A stretch of 64,000 bases of DNA from positions 3,396 through 67,395 of the forward strand of contig CBFGUK010000001.1 in the NCBI GenBank assembly GCA_965651925.1, read 5' to 3'. The DNA is from an uncultured bacterium. GTDB taxonomy: Bacteria > Desulfobacterota > Binatia > HRBIN30 > CADEER01. The notes below the pieces were generated by a model, which saw only the letters and a program-made list of their open reading frames with translations, was not told the DNA's origin and ran no database searches. A program made the position numbers and the translations under genes. Shown piece after piece: positions 19,475 through 29,600 of the stretch. Numbering within the stretch: position 1 is the first letter of the stretch; every line of letters starts with the position of its first letter.

Positions 19475-20122
19475 ATGCTGCGGACGATGCTCGCGTGGGC
19501 CGTGCTTCTCGGCTCGGTGTTCGCCGCCGGGCGCGGCGCGGCCGAGCCGGGGCCGGCGACGGTGCATGGCGCGGCGGCCGTGAACGTGCGCCAGCAGCCC
19601 AGCGCCGACAGCCGCGCGATCGAGTCGTTGCCGCGCGGCAGCCGGGTCACGGTCGAAGACACGACGGGCGACTGGTCGCACGTGGTCCTCGACGACGGCC
19701 GGCGCGGATACATGCGCTCCAGCTTCCTCGCACCGGTTGTCACCGAAGCGGCCGAGACAGCGGCCACGGCGACGCCGACGACGGGTGTGGCCGGAACGCC
19801 GATCGAGGCGCCAGCGCCCGATGCGGCCGGGCCGGCGCCGGCAGTGGACCACGAGCTCGAGCAGCTGCACGAACGGCTGGCGGCGCTCGAGGCGGCGCTG
19901 GCGGCCACCGCACAGCCGACCGCGACGCACCTGCCGGGCGCCGGCGCGTCCCATCCCGCGATCCCGGCAGCGCCGGTGGCGACCATCGTCGTGCCCCCCG
20001 CGGCGCTGGACGTGGGTCCGGCGCTGGCACTCGCGGGCGTCGGACTGATCGTCGGCTTCCTGTTCGGCACGCTATACGGCCAGCGCCAGGAACGCAGTCG
20101 GCGCTCGCGCGTCCGCTTCTGA
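19475..20122 (+). CDS. Secreted SH3b-domain protein with Ala/Pro-rich linker and C-terminal membrane anchor
   Basis: Signal peptide MLRTMLAWAVLLGSVFAAG; SH3b-like motif AAAVNVRQQPSADSRAIESLPRGSRVTVEDTTGDWSHVVLDDGRRGYM; C-terminal ALALAGVGLIVGFLFGTLYG TM helix. Confidence 0.65.
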   Translation: MLRTMLAWAVLLGSVFAAGRGAAEPGPATVHGAAAVNVRQQPSADSRAIESLPRGSRVTVEDTTGDWSHVVLDDGRRGYMRSSFLAPVVTEAAETAATATPTTGVAGTPIEAPAPDAAGPAPAVDHELEQLHERLAALEAALAATAQPTATHLPGAGASHPAIPAAPVATIVVPPAALDVGPALALAGVGLIVGFLFGTLYGQRQERSRRSRVRF

Positions 20123-20216
20123 GCGTTGGCCGGCCGCGGCAGCGGCCGCCCCGACGATCCGCACGCCGCGCGCGCCCTCTGCCGCCGATCGGGCTGCGGC
20201 AAATCGCGGCGCGAAC

Positions 20217-20879
20217 TCACGCCGCCGGCGCGGTGAGTCGCCGGATCTCGTCGACCGTCGCCCGGTAGTCGGGGGTGTCGAAGATGCCGGTGCCGATGAC
20301 GAACACCTCGGCGCCGGCGGCGGCGATTTCGGCGACGTTGTGCGTCTTCACGCCGCCGTCCACCTCGATCAGCAGGTCGAGGCCGCGCTCGCGCTTGGTG
20401 CGCTGTGCGAGGGCGAGCTTCTCGAGCGCCGACGGGATGAACGCCTGGCCGCCGAAGCCGGGATTGACGCTCATCACCAGCACCATCTCGAGATCGGGCA
20501 GGATGCTGTCGAGCGTGTGGAACGGCGTCGCCGGATTGAGGACCGCAGCGGGCCGGCAGCCGTGGTTGCGGATGTCCTGCACGACCGCGTGCAGGTGCGG
20601 GCAGGTCTCCTGGTGCACGGAGATGTACGTTGCGCCGGCGCGCGCGTACTCGCCGATGTAGCGCTCGGGGTTGGTGATCATGAGATGGACGTCGAGCGGC
20701 AGCGACGTGCAGCGGCGGATCGCTTCGACGACCGGCGGCCCGATGGTCAGGTTGGGCACGAAGTGCCCGTCCATGACGTCGACGTGGATCCAGTCCGCGC
20801 CGGCATCCTCGACGGCCTTCACCTCCTCGCCCAGCCGGGCGAAGTCGGCGGCGAGAATCGATGCGGCTATCCGCGTCAC
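20217..20879 (-). CDS. rpe: Ribulose-phosphate 3-epimerase
   Basis: IAASILAADFARLGEEV...HVDVMDGHFVPNLTIG...MSVNPGFGGQ; GTG start inferred 10 nt after the rsmB stop. Confidence 0.85.
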   Translation of the reverse strand: MTRIAASILAADFARLGEEVKAVEDAGADWIHVDVMDGHFVPNLTIGPPVVEAIRRCTSLPLDVHLMITNPERYIGEYARAGATYISVHQETCPHLHAVVQDIRNHGCRPAAVLNPATPFHTLDSILPDLEMVLVMSVNPGFGGQAFIPSALEKLALAQRTKRERGLDLLIEVDGGVKTHNVAEIAAAGAEVFVIGTGIFDTPDYRATVDEIRRLTAPAA

Positions 20880-20889
20880 GCTGCGGACG

Positions 20890-22299
20890 CTATCGCGGAT
20901 CGCCACCGGAAGCGAGGCGCAGGCGCGCGGCGAAGAAGCCGTCGAGCCCGTGCCGGTGCGGCGCGGTGCGCAAGATGCCGCGGGCATCGAGCAGCGCATG
21001 CGCGGCAGCGGGCAGCAGCGGTCGCGGATCTTCGATCCGGAAGGCCGGATGCGCGGCGAGGAAGCGGTCGAGCACGTCGTCGTTCTCGATGCGGGCGATC
21101 GTGCAGGTGGCGTACACCAGCACGCCGCCGGGGCGCACGGCGCTGCTCACGGCTGCCAGCAGGTTCGCCTGCAGGTCGGCGAGCGCGGCGAGGTCGTCGG
21201 GCGTGCGCCGCCAGCGGATCTCCGGGTGCTGGCGCAGCGTGCCGAGCCCCGAACACGGGGCGTCGACGAGCACCGCGTCGAACTGCTGCCCGGCGCGAAA
21301 CGGCGGCGTGGCCGCATCGGCCTGCAGCGCCGCGACCCGCACGCCGAGCCGCACCGCCTCGCGCTGCGCGCGCGCCAGCCCCGCGCCGTGCAGGTCGCCG
21401 GCGACGACGAGGCCGCGCTCGCCGACCGCGCACGCGAGCGCGAGCGACTTGCCGCCCGGCGCGGCGCACGCGTCGAGCACGCGATCGCCAGGCCCGGCAC
21501 CGACGAGCAGGCCGACGAGCTGCGAGGCTTCGCCCTGCACGGCAAACCAGCCCGCGGCATGGCCGGGCAGCTGCGCGGGATCGAGCGGCGCCTCGAGCAC
21601 CACGCCGTCTGGCGCATAGGTGGTGGGCCGGGCCGTGAGGTCGGCGGCGGCGAACGCCTCGAGCAGCGCCGCGCGCGAGATGCGCGCGGCGTGGACGCGC
21701 AGCACCGTCGGCGCCGGCTCGTTGTCGGCGGCGAGCAGCGCCTCGGTCTCGGCCGCACCGAGCTCGGCGAGCCAGCGCTCGACCAGCCACTGCGGATGCG
21801 AATACTCGCTCGCCAGCACCGCGGCGCGGTCGGCGCCGGGCGGCGCCCCGAGCGCGGGCTGCTCGCGCAGGAAGCGGCGCAGCAGCGCGTTGACGAGGCC
21901 GCTCGGCGCACCGCCCTTGATCGTCCGGGCGAGCTCGACCGCGGTATCGACGGCGGCGAACTCCGGCACGCGGTCGAGCTTGATCAGCTGGAACAGCGCC
22001 ATTCGCAACAGCGTCCGCACCGCGGCGTCGAGCTGCTCGGGCGGCCGTCCGAGCCGCGTCAGTGCCTGATCGAGCAACCCCTGCCAGGCGAGCGTGCCGT
22101 AGACGAGCCGCGTCGCCAGCGCGCGGTCGCGCGGCGCGAGCGCGGCGCCGGCGAGCGCACTGCCGAGCACGGCATCGGCGTACGCGCCGTCCTCGACCGC
22201 ATTCAGCACGCGCCAGGCGAGCTGGCGCGCCTCACTCGTGCGCGGCCGGCGCGCCAAGGCGGTCTCCGACGGCCAGCGCGCCACCGCGCGCGAACTCAC
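20890..22299 (-). CDS. rsmB: 16S rRNA (cytosine967-C5)-methyltransferase RsmB/Sun; true start probably internal, near the fmt stop at ~22230
   Basis: NusB-like N-domain plus SAM-MTase motifs (DACAAPGGKS, DAPCSGLGT). The annotated ATG overlaps fmt by 68 nt, so a downstream non-ATG start is likely. Confidence 0.8.
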   Translation of the reverse strand: MSSRAVARWPSETALARRPRTSEARQLAWRVLNAVEDGAYADAVLGSALAGAALAPRDRALATRLVYGTLAWQGLLDQALTRLGRPPEQLDAAVRTLLRMALFQLIKLDRVPEFAAVDTAVELARTIKGGAPSGLVNALLRRFLREQPALGAPPGADRAAVLASEYSHPQWLVERWLAELGAAETEALLAADNEPAPTVLRVHAARISRAALLEAFAAADLTARPTTYAPDGVVLEAPLDPAQLPGHAAGWFAVQGEASQLVGLLVGAGPGDRVLDACAAPGGKSLALACAVGERGLVVAGDLHGAGLARAQREAVRLGVRVAALQADAATPPFRAGQQFDAVLVDAPCSGLGTLRQHPEIRWRRTPDDLAALADLQANLLAAVSSAVRPGGVLVYATCTIARIENDDVLDRFLAAHPAFRIEDPRPLLPAAAHALLDARGILRTAPHRHGLDGFFAARLRLASGGDPR

Positions 22300-23182
22300 G
22301 CGCCGGAAGCGGCTTGCGGCCCTCGAGCTGCAGCGTCGCGATCGCCAGCGTGCCGTCGCCGGTGGCGACGCGGATCACGTCGTCGATGCCGGTCACCGTG
22401 CCCGGCGGCGCCGCGCCGCCCGCCGGCTCGGCCCGCGCCGCGTGCACCTTGAGCCGCCGGTCACCGAGCGTGGTGTACGCGGATGGCCAGGGATGGAAGC
22501 CGCGCACCCGGCGCGCGAGCTCGGTCGCCGGCCGTTGCCAGTCGATCACCCCCTGCTCGCGCGCAATCATCGGCGCCAGCGTCGCCTGCTGGTGATCCTG
22601 CGGCGTCGCGGTCAGCGTGCCGGCGTGCAGGGCCGCCAGGGCGTCCATCAGCGCCTCCGCACCGAGCGTCGCGAGGCGTGTCTGCAAGGCGCCGTAGGTC
22701 TCGTCTGGACCGATCGGGGTCGCCCGCTGCAGCAGGATGTCGCCCTCGTCCATGCGCTCGTTCATGCGCATGATCGTCACGCCGGTTTCGCGGTCGCCGG
22801 CGAGAATGGCCCACTGAATCGGCGCCGCGCCACGCCAACGCGGCAGCAGCGAGGCATGCACGTTGATGCAGCCCAGCCGCGGCAGCTCGAGGATGCGCGA
22901 CGGCAGGATGCGGCCATAGGCGGCGACGACCGCGAGATCGGGCGCCCACGCGGCCAGCTGCGCCGGCAGCTCGTCGGTCTTCACCCGCAGCGGTTGCGCG
23001 ACCGCGATTCCGTGCTGCTCGGCGAGCTGCTTCACCGGCGGCGCCTGCAGGCGCTGTCCGCGCCCGGCGGGCCGGTCGGGCTGGCTGACGACGCCGACCA
23101 CCTGATCGGGGCCGTCGAGCAGCGCATGCAGACTTGGCACCGCGAAGTCCGGCGTGCCGAAGAAAACGATGCGGTAGCGCAT
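22232..23182 (-). CDS. fmt: Methionyl-tRNA formyltransferase
   Basis: MRYRIVFFGTPDFAVPSL...INVHASLLPRWRGAAPIQ; ATG at 23180-23182. The longer ORF N-terminus merely translates heptamer array B. Confidence 0.9.
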   Translation of the reverse strand: MRYRIVFFGTPDFAVPSLHALLDGPDQVVGVVSQPDRPAGRGQRLQAPPVKQLAEQHGIAVAQPLRVKTDELPAQLAAWAPDLAVVAAYGRILPSRILELPRLGCINVHASLLPRWRGAAPIQWAILAGDRETGVTIMRMNERMDEGDILLQRATPIGPDETYGALQTRLATLGAEALMDALAALHAGTLTATPQDHQQATLAPMIAREQGVIDWQRPATELARRVRGFHPWPSAYTTLGDRRLKVHAARAEPAGGAAPPGTVTGIDDVIRVATGDGTLAIATLQLEGRKPLPAREFARGGALAVGDRLGAPAAHE

Positions 23183-23186
23183 GGGA

Positions 23187-23221
23187 GCGGTCAGCAGTCG
23201 GCCGTCAGCGGTCAGCCGACC
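23187..23221. repeat. Tandem heptanucleotide array B (GCGGTCA GCAGTCG GCCGTCA GCGGTCA GCCGACC), starting 5 nt upstream of the fmt start codon
   Basis: Period-7 units read directly; replaces any Shine-Dalgarno sequence for fmt. Confidence 0.75.
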
Positions 23222-23250
23222 GATTCGAGAATCCGCCACCGAGGGCAGCG

Positions 23251-23348
23251 AGGACACCGGGTCGAGTCATCAGAACCACCACCGGGAACAGAGCGAGTCG
23301 ACCATCAGCACCGAGGGGACGGAACCAGTTCGACGTCGTGTCCTCCCG
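23251..23348. repeat. Conserved intergenic hairpin element copy B (GGACACCGGGTCGAG ... TTCGACGTCGTGTCCTCCC), degenerate
   Basis: Arms match copy A at 6887-6944; the downstream conserved tail GTGGCCAATCGGTCCGG matches A (GTGGCCAGATTCCGACCGG). Confidence 0.65.
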
Positions 23349-23395
23349 ACTTCCGTGGCCAATCGGTCCGGCAACGGAGAGGTCCGGGAAACACG

Positions 23396-23956
23396 TCAGA
23401 TGCCGGGCTCGTCGGGGTGCTCGGGCGCGCGCTTGAAGGTGTCGAGATCGACGCCGTCGCGGATCATCTTGCGCAGCTTGCGCCGGTAGGAGTCGCGCTT
23501 GAGCGGGCTGATCCGGTCGATGAACAGCTTGCCGTCGAGATGGTCGAGCTCGTGCTGCAGCGCCACGGCGAGCAGCCCCTCGGCCTCGAGCGCGACCTCC
23601 TGCTGCTCGGGCGTCCACGCCTTGAGCAGGATCCGCGCGCTGCGCTTCACCTCGGCGCTGTAGTCGACCACCGACAGGCAGCCCTCTTCCCAGAGGATCG
23701 TGCCCTCGCGCTCGGCGATCACCGGATTGATCAGCTTCAGCAGGTGCTTGCCGGGATTCTCGCCGTCGACGTCGACGACGATCATGCGCTCGCTGATGCC
23801 GATCTGCGGCGCGGCGAGCCCGACCCCCGGCGCCGCGTACATCGTCTCGGCCATGTCGCGCAGCACCTCGTCGGTGGTGCCGTCGATGTTCGCGACCTCG
23901 ACCGCCGTCTCCTTCAGCACCGGCTCGGGGTACTTGAGAATGCGACGCAGCGCCAT
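23396..23956 (-). CDS. def: Peptide deformylase
   Basis: MALRRILKYPEPVLKE...GVGLAAPQIG...EGCLSV...HELDHLDG motifs 1-3; ATG at 23954-23956. Confidence 0.9.
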   Translation of the reverse strand: MALRRILKYPEPVLKETAVEVANIDGTTDEVLRDMAETMYAAPGVGLAAPQIGISERMIVVDVDGENPGKHLLKLINPVIAEREGTILWEEGCLSVVDYSAEVKRSARILLKAWTPEQQEVALEAEGLLAVALQHELDHLDGKLFIDRISPLKRDSYRRKLRKMIRDGVDLDTFKRAPEHPDEPGI

Positions 23957-24047
23957 CGCCGTACCGTAGCCGAATCCCGCCGGCGATGCAGCAGGCCCCA
24001 CCGGCCGCCGGTGTCCCGTCGAACGCTGCCCCCGCTGAGGTCCCTCT

Positions 24048-24135
24048 GAGGCGCTGACACGAAGTCGAGCAATTCCTTCGACTCCGCGTCCTCTGCGCCT
24101 CGCTGGCACACCCGCTCGCCAAACCGTCAGAGTTG
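24048..24135. repeat. Conserved intergenic hairpin element copy C (GAGGCGC-TGACACGAAGTCGAG...TTCGACTCCGCGTCCTCTGCGCCTC plus conserved tail GCTGGCACAC)
   Basis: Outer 7-bp stem GAGGCGC/GCGCCTC and inner GTCGA/TCGAC palindrome; homologous to copies A and B. Confidence 0.6.
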
Positions 24136-24160
24136 CCGGCCTTGTGACCGGGCCCGGTCT

Positions 24161-24203
24161 CTGGTCACCGGGTCACCGGTCACTGGTCACCGGTCACCGG
24201 TCA
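24161..24203. repeat. Tandem heptanucleotide array C (CYGGTCA)x6, ending 4 nt from the priA stop codon
   Basis: ctggtca ccgggtca ccggtca ctggtca ccggtca ccggtca read directly; an inverted GTGACCG unit lies at 24144-24150. Confidence 0.8.
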
Positions 24204-24207
24204 CCCC

Positions 24208-26640
24208 TCACAACATGTGCTGCGGGTCGACGTCGACGATGACTCGAATGTCCTTCGGCCGGGCGGCGGCGCGCAGGTCCGGCAGCGTGGCGCCGACGAT
24301 CTCGCGCAGGACGGCCCCGCTCGCGCCGCGCACCATGATCTGCTGGCGAAACCGCTGGCGCAGCCGTTCGAGCGGCGCCGGAGCCGGGCCGAGGACGCCG
24401 CAGCGGCCGGCGGCACGCTCGCGCAGCTGGCGCGCCGCATCGCGCGCCAGCTTGGCGACCGCTGCGCCGTCCACGCCCTCGATGCGCAGCAGGATGATGC
24501 GGGAAAACGGCGGATACCCGAGCTCGCGGCGCGCGGCGAGCTCGGCTTCGGCGAACGCCGCATAGTCGTGCGTCGCCGCCGCACGCAGGCTGTCGTGCTC
24601 GGGCTGCAGGGTCTGCACGAGCACCTGGCCGCGCTTCTCGCCGCGACCGGCGCGGCCGGCCACCTGGGCGAGGAGCTGGAAGGTACGCTCGCCGGCGCGG
24701 AAGTCGGGGAAGTTGAGCGCCGCGTCGGCGAGAATGACGCCGACGAGCGTCACGCCGGGCACGTCGTGGCCCTTGGTGATCATCTGCGTGCCGATCAGGA
24801 TGTCGAACCGCCCGGCGCGCCAGTCACCGAGCAGCGTCTGCTGGCTCCCCTTGCGGCGAACGGTATCGCGGTCCATGCGCGCGACGCGCGCGCCGGCAAA
24901 GCGCGCGCGCAGCAGCGCCTCGAGCTGCTCGGTCCCGACCCCCCACTCGATCAGCGCCGGCTCGTGGCATTCGCGGCACGCGGCCGGCGGCGGCAGGGTG
25001 TGGTCGCAGTAATGGCAGCGCACGGCGCGCCAGCGGCGGTGCACGGTCATCGCGACGCTGCAGTTCGGACACATCAGCGGCTCGCCGCAGGCGCGGCACT
25101 GCAGGAAATTCGCGAAGCCGCGGCGGTTGAGGAACACGAGGCTCTGCCCGCCGGCGGCGAGGTTGGCGGCCAGTGCCGCGTCGAGCTCGGGGGTGAGCAC
25201 CGGCGGCTGCGCGGCGGCATGCGCGCGCAGATCGATCAACCGCACCGGCGGGAGCGGGCGGGCGGCGACGCGTTCCGGCAGCTCGAGCAGCCGGTACCGG
25301 CCACGGCGTGCGTTCCACAGCGACTCGAGTGACGGCGTCGCCGAGCCGAGGATGATCGGACAGCCGCCGAGCTTGGCGCGCATCACCGCGACGTCGCGTC
25401 CATGGTAGTGCACGCCGTCGGCCTGCTTGTAGGAGGCGTCGTGCTCCTCGTCGACGATGATCAGGCCGAGCCGGCGCAGCGGTGCGAACACCGCCGAGCG
25501 CGCCCCGATGACGATGCGCGCCGCGCCGCGGGCGATGCGCCGCCACTCGTCCCAGCGCTCGCCGACCGAGAGCTGGCTGTGCAGCACCGCGACCGCATCG
25601 CCGAAGCGCGCCCGCACGCGCTCGACGAGCTGGTGGGTGAGCGAGATCTCCGGGACGAGCACGAGGGCCGACGCCCCGGCGGGCTGCGCCGCGATGGCGC
25701 GCAGATACACTTCCGTCTTGCCGCTGCCGGTGACCCCGTGCAGGAGCCAGGCGACGAACCCCTCCGCGCGTGCCGCGACGATGGCCTCGACGGCGGCCTC
25801 CTGCGCCGCGGTGAGCGCGACGGCGACGTCACGCGCCACGACCGGCGGCAGGACCGGCCGGTACTGCTCCTCCTCGCGCACGCGCACGAGGCCCGCCGCA
25901 ACGAGCGCGCGCAGCTTCGCCGCGGCATCGGCGAACGAATGCCGCAGCTCGTGGTCGGGCGCGCGGCGCAGCGGATGCTCGCGCAGATACGCGTAGAGCG
26001 CGCGCAGGGCCGGCCGGCGGGCGAGCGCGGCCGGCAGGGGGTCGCGGGGCACGGCCTCGTAGAACCGCTGCCGGCGCGTCGGCGCCGTCTCGCGGCGGAC
26101 GCGCTCGCGCACGACGGCGACGCCGCGGCGCACGAGCGCCGCGAGCGCGCGCCGGCCCGGCGGGCCGAGGCGCGCGACGAGCGGTGCCACCTCGCACTCG
26201 CCGCGCTCGGCGAGCGCGCGCGCGACGGCGGCCTCGCCGGCGGGCAGGTCGTCCGGCGGCGGTCCGGTCAGCGCCGCGACGCGCGTCGTCTCGACGCGCA
26301 GCGCGCCGGGCAGCGCCGTACTCAGCACCTCGCCGAGCGAGGCGAGATAGTAGTCCGCCATCCACGCCGCGAGGGCGAGCAGCGGCGCGTCGAGCACCGG
26401 CTCGTCGTCGAGCACGGCGGCGAGATCGCGCAGTCCGTCGCGCGGCTCACCGGGCGCGAGCACGATGCCCATGGCGCGCCGGGCGCCGAGCGGCACGAGG
26501 ACGCGCGTACCGGGCGCGAGCGGACCCGGCGCGCGGTAGTCGAGCGGCGCGATGCGCCCCGGCGCCGGCACGAGCGCGACGCGCACCACCGCCGCGGGCG
26601 CGGCGGCCGTTCCTGCCGGTGGCTCGGATCCTCGCTCCAC
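24208..26640 (-). CDS. priA: Primosomal protein N' (replication restart helicase PriA); start approximate (likely GTG ~26638-26640)
   Basis: Walker A GVTGSGKTEVYL, DEEH box, PriA-type Cys4 zinc fingers (CRACGEPLMCPNC...CHYCDHTLP...CRECHEP). The annotated ATG at 26718 would overlap the upstream gene by 65 nt. Confidence 0.85.
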   Translation of the reverse strand: MERGSEPPAGTAAAPAAVVRVALVPAPGRIAPLDYRAPGPLAPGTRVLVPLGARRAMGIVLAPGEPRDGLRDLAAVLDDEPVLDAPLLALAAWMADYYLASLGEVLSTALPGALRVETTRVAALTGPPPDDLPAGEAAVARALAERGECEVAPLVARLGPPGRRALAALVRRGVAVVRERVRRETAPTRRQRFYEAVPRDPLPAALARRPALRALYAYLREHPLRRAPDHELRHSFADAAAKLRALVAAGLVRVREEEQYRPVLPPVVARDVAVALTAAQEAAVEAIVAARAEGFVAWLLHGVTGSGKTEVYLRAIAAQPAGASALVLVPEISLTHQLVERVRARFGDAVAVLHSQLSVGERWDEWRRIARGAARIVIGARSAVFAPLRRLGLIIVDEEHDASYKQADGVHYHGRDVAVMRAKLGGCPIILGSATPSLESLWNARRGRYRLLELPERVAARPLPPVRLIDLRAHAAAQPPVLTPELDAALAANLAAGGQSLVFLNRRGFANFLQCRACGEPLMCPNCSVAMTVHRRWRAVRCHYCDHTLPPPAACRECHEPALIEWGVGTEQLEALLRARFAGARVARMDRDTVRRKGSQQTLLGDWRAGRFDILIGTQMITKGHDVPGVTLVGVILADAALNFPDFRAGERTFQLLAQVAGRAGRGEKRGQVLVQTLQPEHDSLRAAATHDYAAFAEAELAARRELGYPPFSRIILLRIEGVDGAAVAKLARDAARQLRERAAGRCGVLGPAPAPLERLRQRFRQQIMVRGASGAVLREIVGATLPDLRAAARPKDIRVIVDVDPQHML

Positions 26641-26653
26641 GGCGTGGATCGGC

Positions 26654-29600
26654 TCAGGCGCGGACGACGCGCTGGTAGATCTTCGGCAGCTCGCGCGGCA
26701 GCGCGGTGATGTCTTCAATGACCATGTACCGCGTCTCGTCGCACATCTGCCGCAGGTAGTCGTGCCCGGCCTTGTCGACGGTGATGCAGAACGGGGTGAC
26801 GCCCGCCGCCTCCGCCTCGCGCAGCGCGACCGCCGTGTCGCGGATGCCGTAGACGTTGCTGCGCCGGTCCTGGCCGTAGTCGTAGTCCTGCGGGAACCCG
26901 TCGCTGAGCAGGAACAGATGCTTCACGCGCGCCGTCACGGCGCCGAGCTTCTCGATCGCGTGCCGCAACGCCGTGCCCATGCGCGTGCTGCGCTTGGGCT
27001 CGATGCCGCCGAGGCGCCCCTTGACCGTCGCGCTCAGGGATTCGCTGAACGACTTGACGCGGTAGACCTCGACGCGGTCGCGGCCGTGCCCGGAAAAACC
27101 GTAGATCGCATACGCATCGCCGATCTCCTCCAGCGCCTCGGCCATGATCACCAGCGTTTCCTTGGTGACGTCGATGATGCGCCGCGCCCGGCCGCCGCCG
27201 CCACGCGGCGCCCCGGTCGTCGCGGGTGACTCGAAGGGCTCGTCGGTCGAGGCGCTCATGTCGACCAGGAACAGCGTCGCGACGTCGCGCTCCTCGCGCT
27301 TGCGCGCCACGTACACGCGGCTCGACGGCGCCTGGCCGGCGCGGCGGTCGATGCGCGCCGCGATCGCCGCATTGAGATCGAAGTCCTCGCCGTCCTCGAG
27401 GCCGCGGACGGTGCGGTACATCTCCGGGCGGACGCGCTGGAACTGGCGGCGCACCTCGGGAATCAGACGCGCGTAATCGCCCAACGCCCGGTTGAAGAAC
27501 TCGCCCGAGTCGCCGGCGACGCTGAGCTCGTAGAGTCGGCACCAGCCGCTGCGATAGTCGCCGATGTGGTAGTCCCACTCGTCGTACGCGAAGTGCTCGC
27601 CGGCGCTGTCCTCGGCCCGCAGGCGGCGCGCGATGCGGCGACCGCCCGCATCGCCGTCGCCGAGCAGCTCGCGCAGGGCATCGAGCTGTTCGCTCGGCAG
27701 CTTGCCGATGAGATCGGTGATGAAGAGCCCGAGCCCCTCGACCTCCTGGCCGGTGCCCTGGGTGATCTTCAGGTTGCCGCTCTCGAGCAGGCGCTGGATC
27801 TCCTCCGCCGACAGCGGCTGCGCGCCGCCGGCGCCCTCGAGCTCGTCCGGTGACAGCTGCAGCGACGGACGGTCCGCCTCGTCAGCGATCGGTTCGCCGC
27901 CGGGCGGCGCCGCCTCGGTGTGCGGCGCCGTCCCGGCCAGGGCCGGTCCTTCGTCGTCGCCGTACATGTCGAGCAGCGCATCGCCGGTGAGCCGGTCGAG
28001 CGCGAAGCCATCGAGATCGCGATCGCTTTCGACATAGGCGGGCTGCGCAGCGGCGAGCGCGCCGGCGAGTGACTCGGCGACGCGCAGGGCATCCCCGACG
28101 GTCGCCTCGGGCGCCGCCAGCGGCGCGACGCAGCGCGCGATCAGCCGCGCGCCGGGCTCGTCGAGCCAGCGCGGCAGCGGGCCGGGCGCGGCGCCGCGCA
28201 GCACGAGGCAGAACACGGCATCGAGCCGGCCGGTGCGCGGCGGTGCGGGCTGCATCGCCCAGCGCTCGAGCAGGCGCTCCGCGACCCAGCGTCCCTCGGC
28301 GGCCAGCCCGCGATACTCGGCACACAGCCGATGATGGACGCGCACGCCTTCGGCGAGCAGGAACAGCTCCTCGAGGGCCTCCGGCCGGTCGGGATCGGTG
28401 ACGAAGCGGAACAGATCGCCGCCCGGCGGCAGCTCGGGATCGGCGGGTGCGGCGGGGTCGGTGAACGCGTAGGTGCCGAACTCGCGCCGGCCGGCGAGCT
28501 GCGCGGCAAGGAACCGGTAGAGACGCAGGTTGTCCTCGTGGGTACCGAGCCAGTCGATGCGCAGCGGCAGCGCGATCTCGTTCTCGCCCGGGAACTCCTC
28601 GAGCGGCGGGCGCAATCGCATGACGTCGAAGGCGCGGATGCTCGCCGACGCGCCGCTCAGCATCTGCACGTACTTGCGCAGCAGGCCCTGCGCTTCCTCG
28701 AGCGTCGCGGCGATCGAGGAGGCGCGCAGCGTCTTGCGGCTGGTCCGCGATTCGAGCGCAAAGAAGGCGAGCCCGGCGTCGGGGTTGTCCGCCGCGAGCG
28801 TGAGCCCGACGTCGAACCACTCGCGCACGCGCGGCGGATCGGCATCCTCGTAGACGCGCGGCAGCGAGCGCAGTGCCGCGACGACGGCGGCCGGACAGGC
28901 GGCGGCGACGCGGGCGAGCTCGCCCAGCCCTTCGAGGCGATGCGCGGACGGCACCTGCAGCAGGAGCGCGCCGGCGACCGGCGCCACCTCGGCGACCGGA
29001 CCCGCCACGCGCCGCGCGGCCTGGTGCAGCACGTCGAGCAGGGCGCCGCGCTCCGCACCGTCGAGCGGCGCCAGCGCATCGGGCAGCGCGCGGTAGAGCG
29101 CGAGCGCGTCGCGCGGGGCCGCGGGGGCGAGCGCGATGACCGTGCGCAGCAGCGCGCACTGTTCGTCGGCGGTCCAGCCCTGCACGCTGCGCGGCAGCGC
29201 GCCGAAGAACTCGCGTTCCTTGACCGCCGGCAGCAGCGCCGCGCCGGCGCCGGCCCACAGCCGATAGGCCGCCGGGGCGAGCGCGAGCACCGCGTGCGGG
29301 GCGGCGGCGAAGTAGGACTGGGCCAGGAACTCGCCCTGCCAGCCGCGCTGGCCGTAGAGGTCGCCGCCGATCGCCACCCAGTCGCGCAGCCGGGCGAGGC
29401 CGTCGGCGCGGCGCAGCAGGGAGGACGTCGAGCGGAAGAAGATCGCGGCCAGCTTGCCCGAGGTCGCGGCGAGCTCGCGGCCGAGCGCGCACCAGGCGGC
29501 GGCCGTCTCGAGACCGCCGCGGCCGAAGGCGGCGGGCGACACCGTGAAGAACGCGACGGCCCCGTCGCGGCACAGCGGCTCGTCGGTCGCCAGACGCTCG

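Noticed and set aside
19382-20122. tRNA-Pro as an integration hotspot / genomic island boundary
   Set aside because: No integrase, no direct repeat of the tRNA 3' end, and flanking genes (glnBA, SH3 protein, rpe) are ordinary chromosomal content.
22232-22299. 68-nt overlap between rsmB (annotated ATG at 22299) and fmt stop
   Set aside because: More likely rsmB uses a later, non-ATG start near 22230 in a typical fmt-rsmB junction; overlap is an ORF-caller artefact.
26641-26718. priA N-terminal extension MKTSPRCRASCRRSTS...
   Set aside because: Overlaps the upstream vWA gene by 65 nt and is not PriA-like; the conserved PriA N-terminus begins near VVRVALVPAPGRIAPLDY, so a GTG start ~26640 is preferred.
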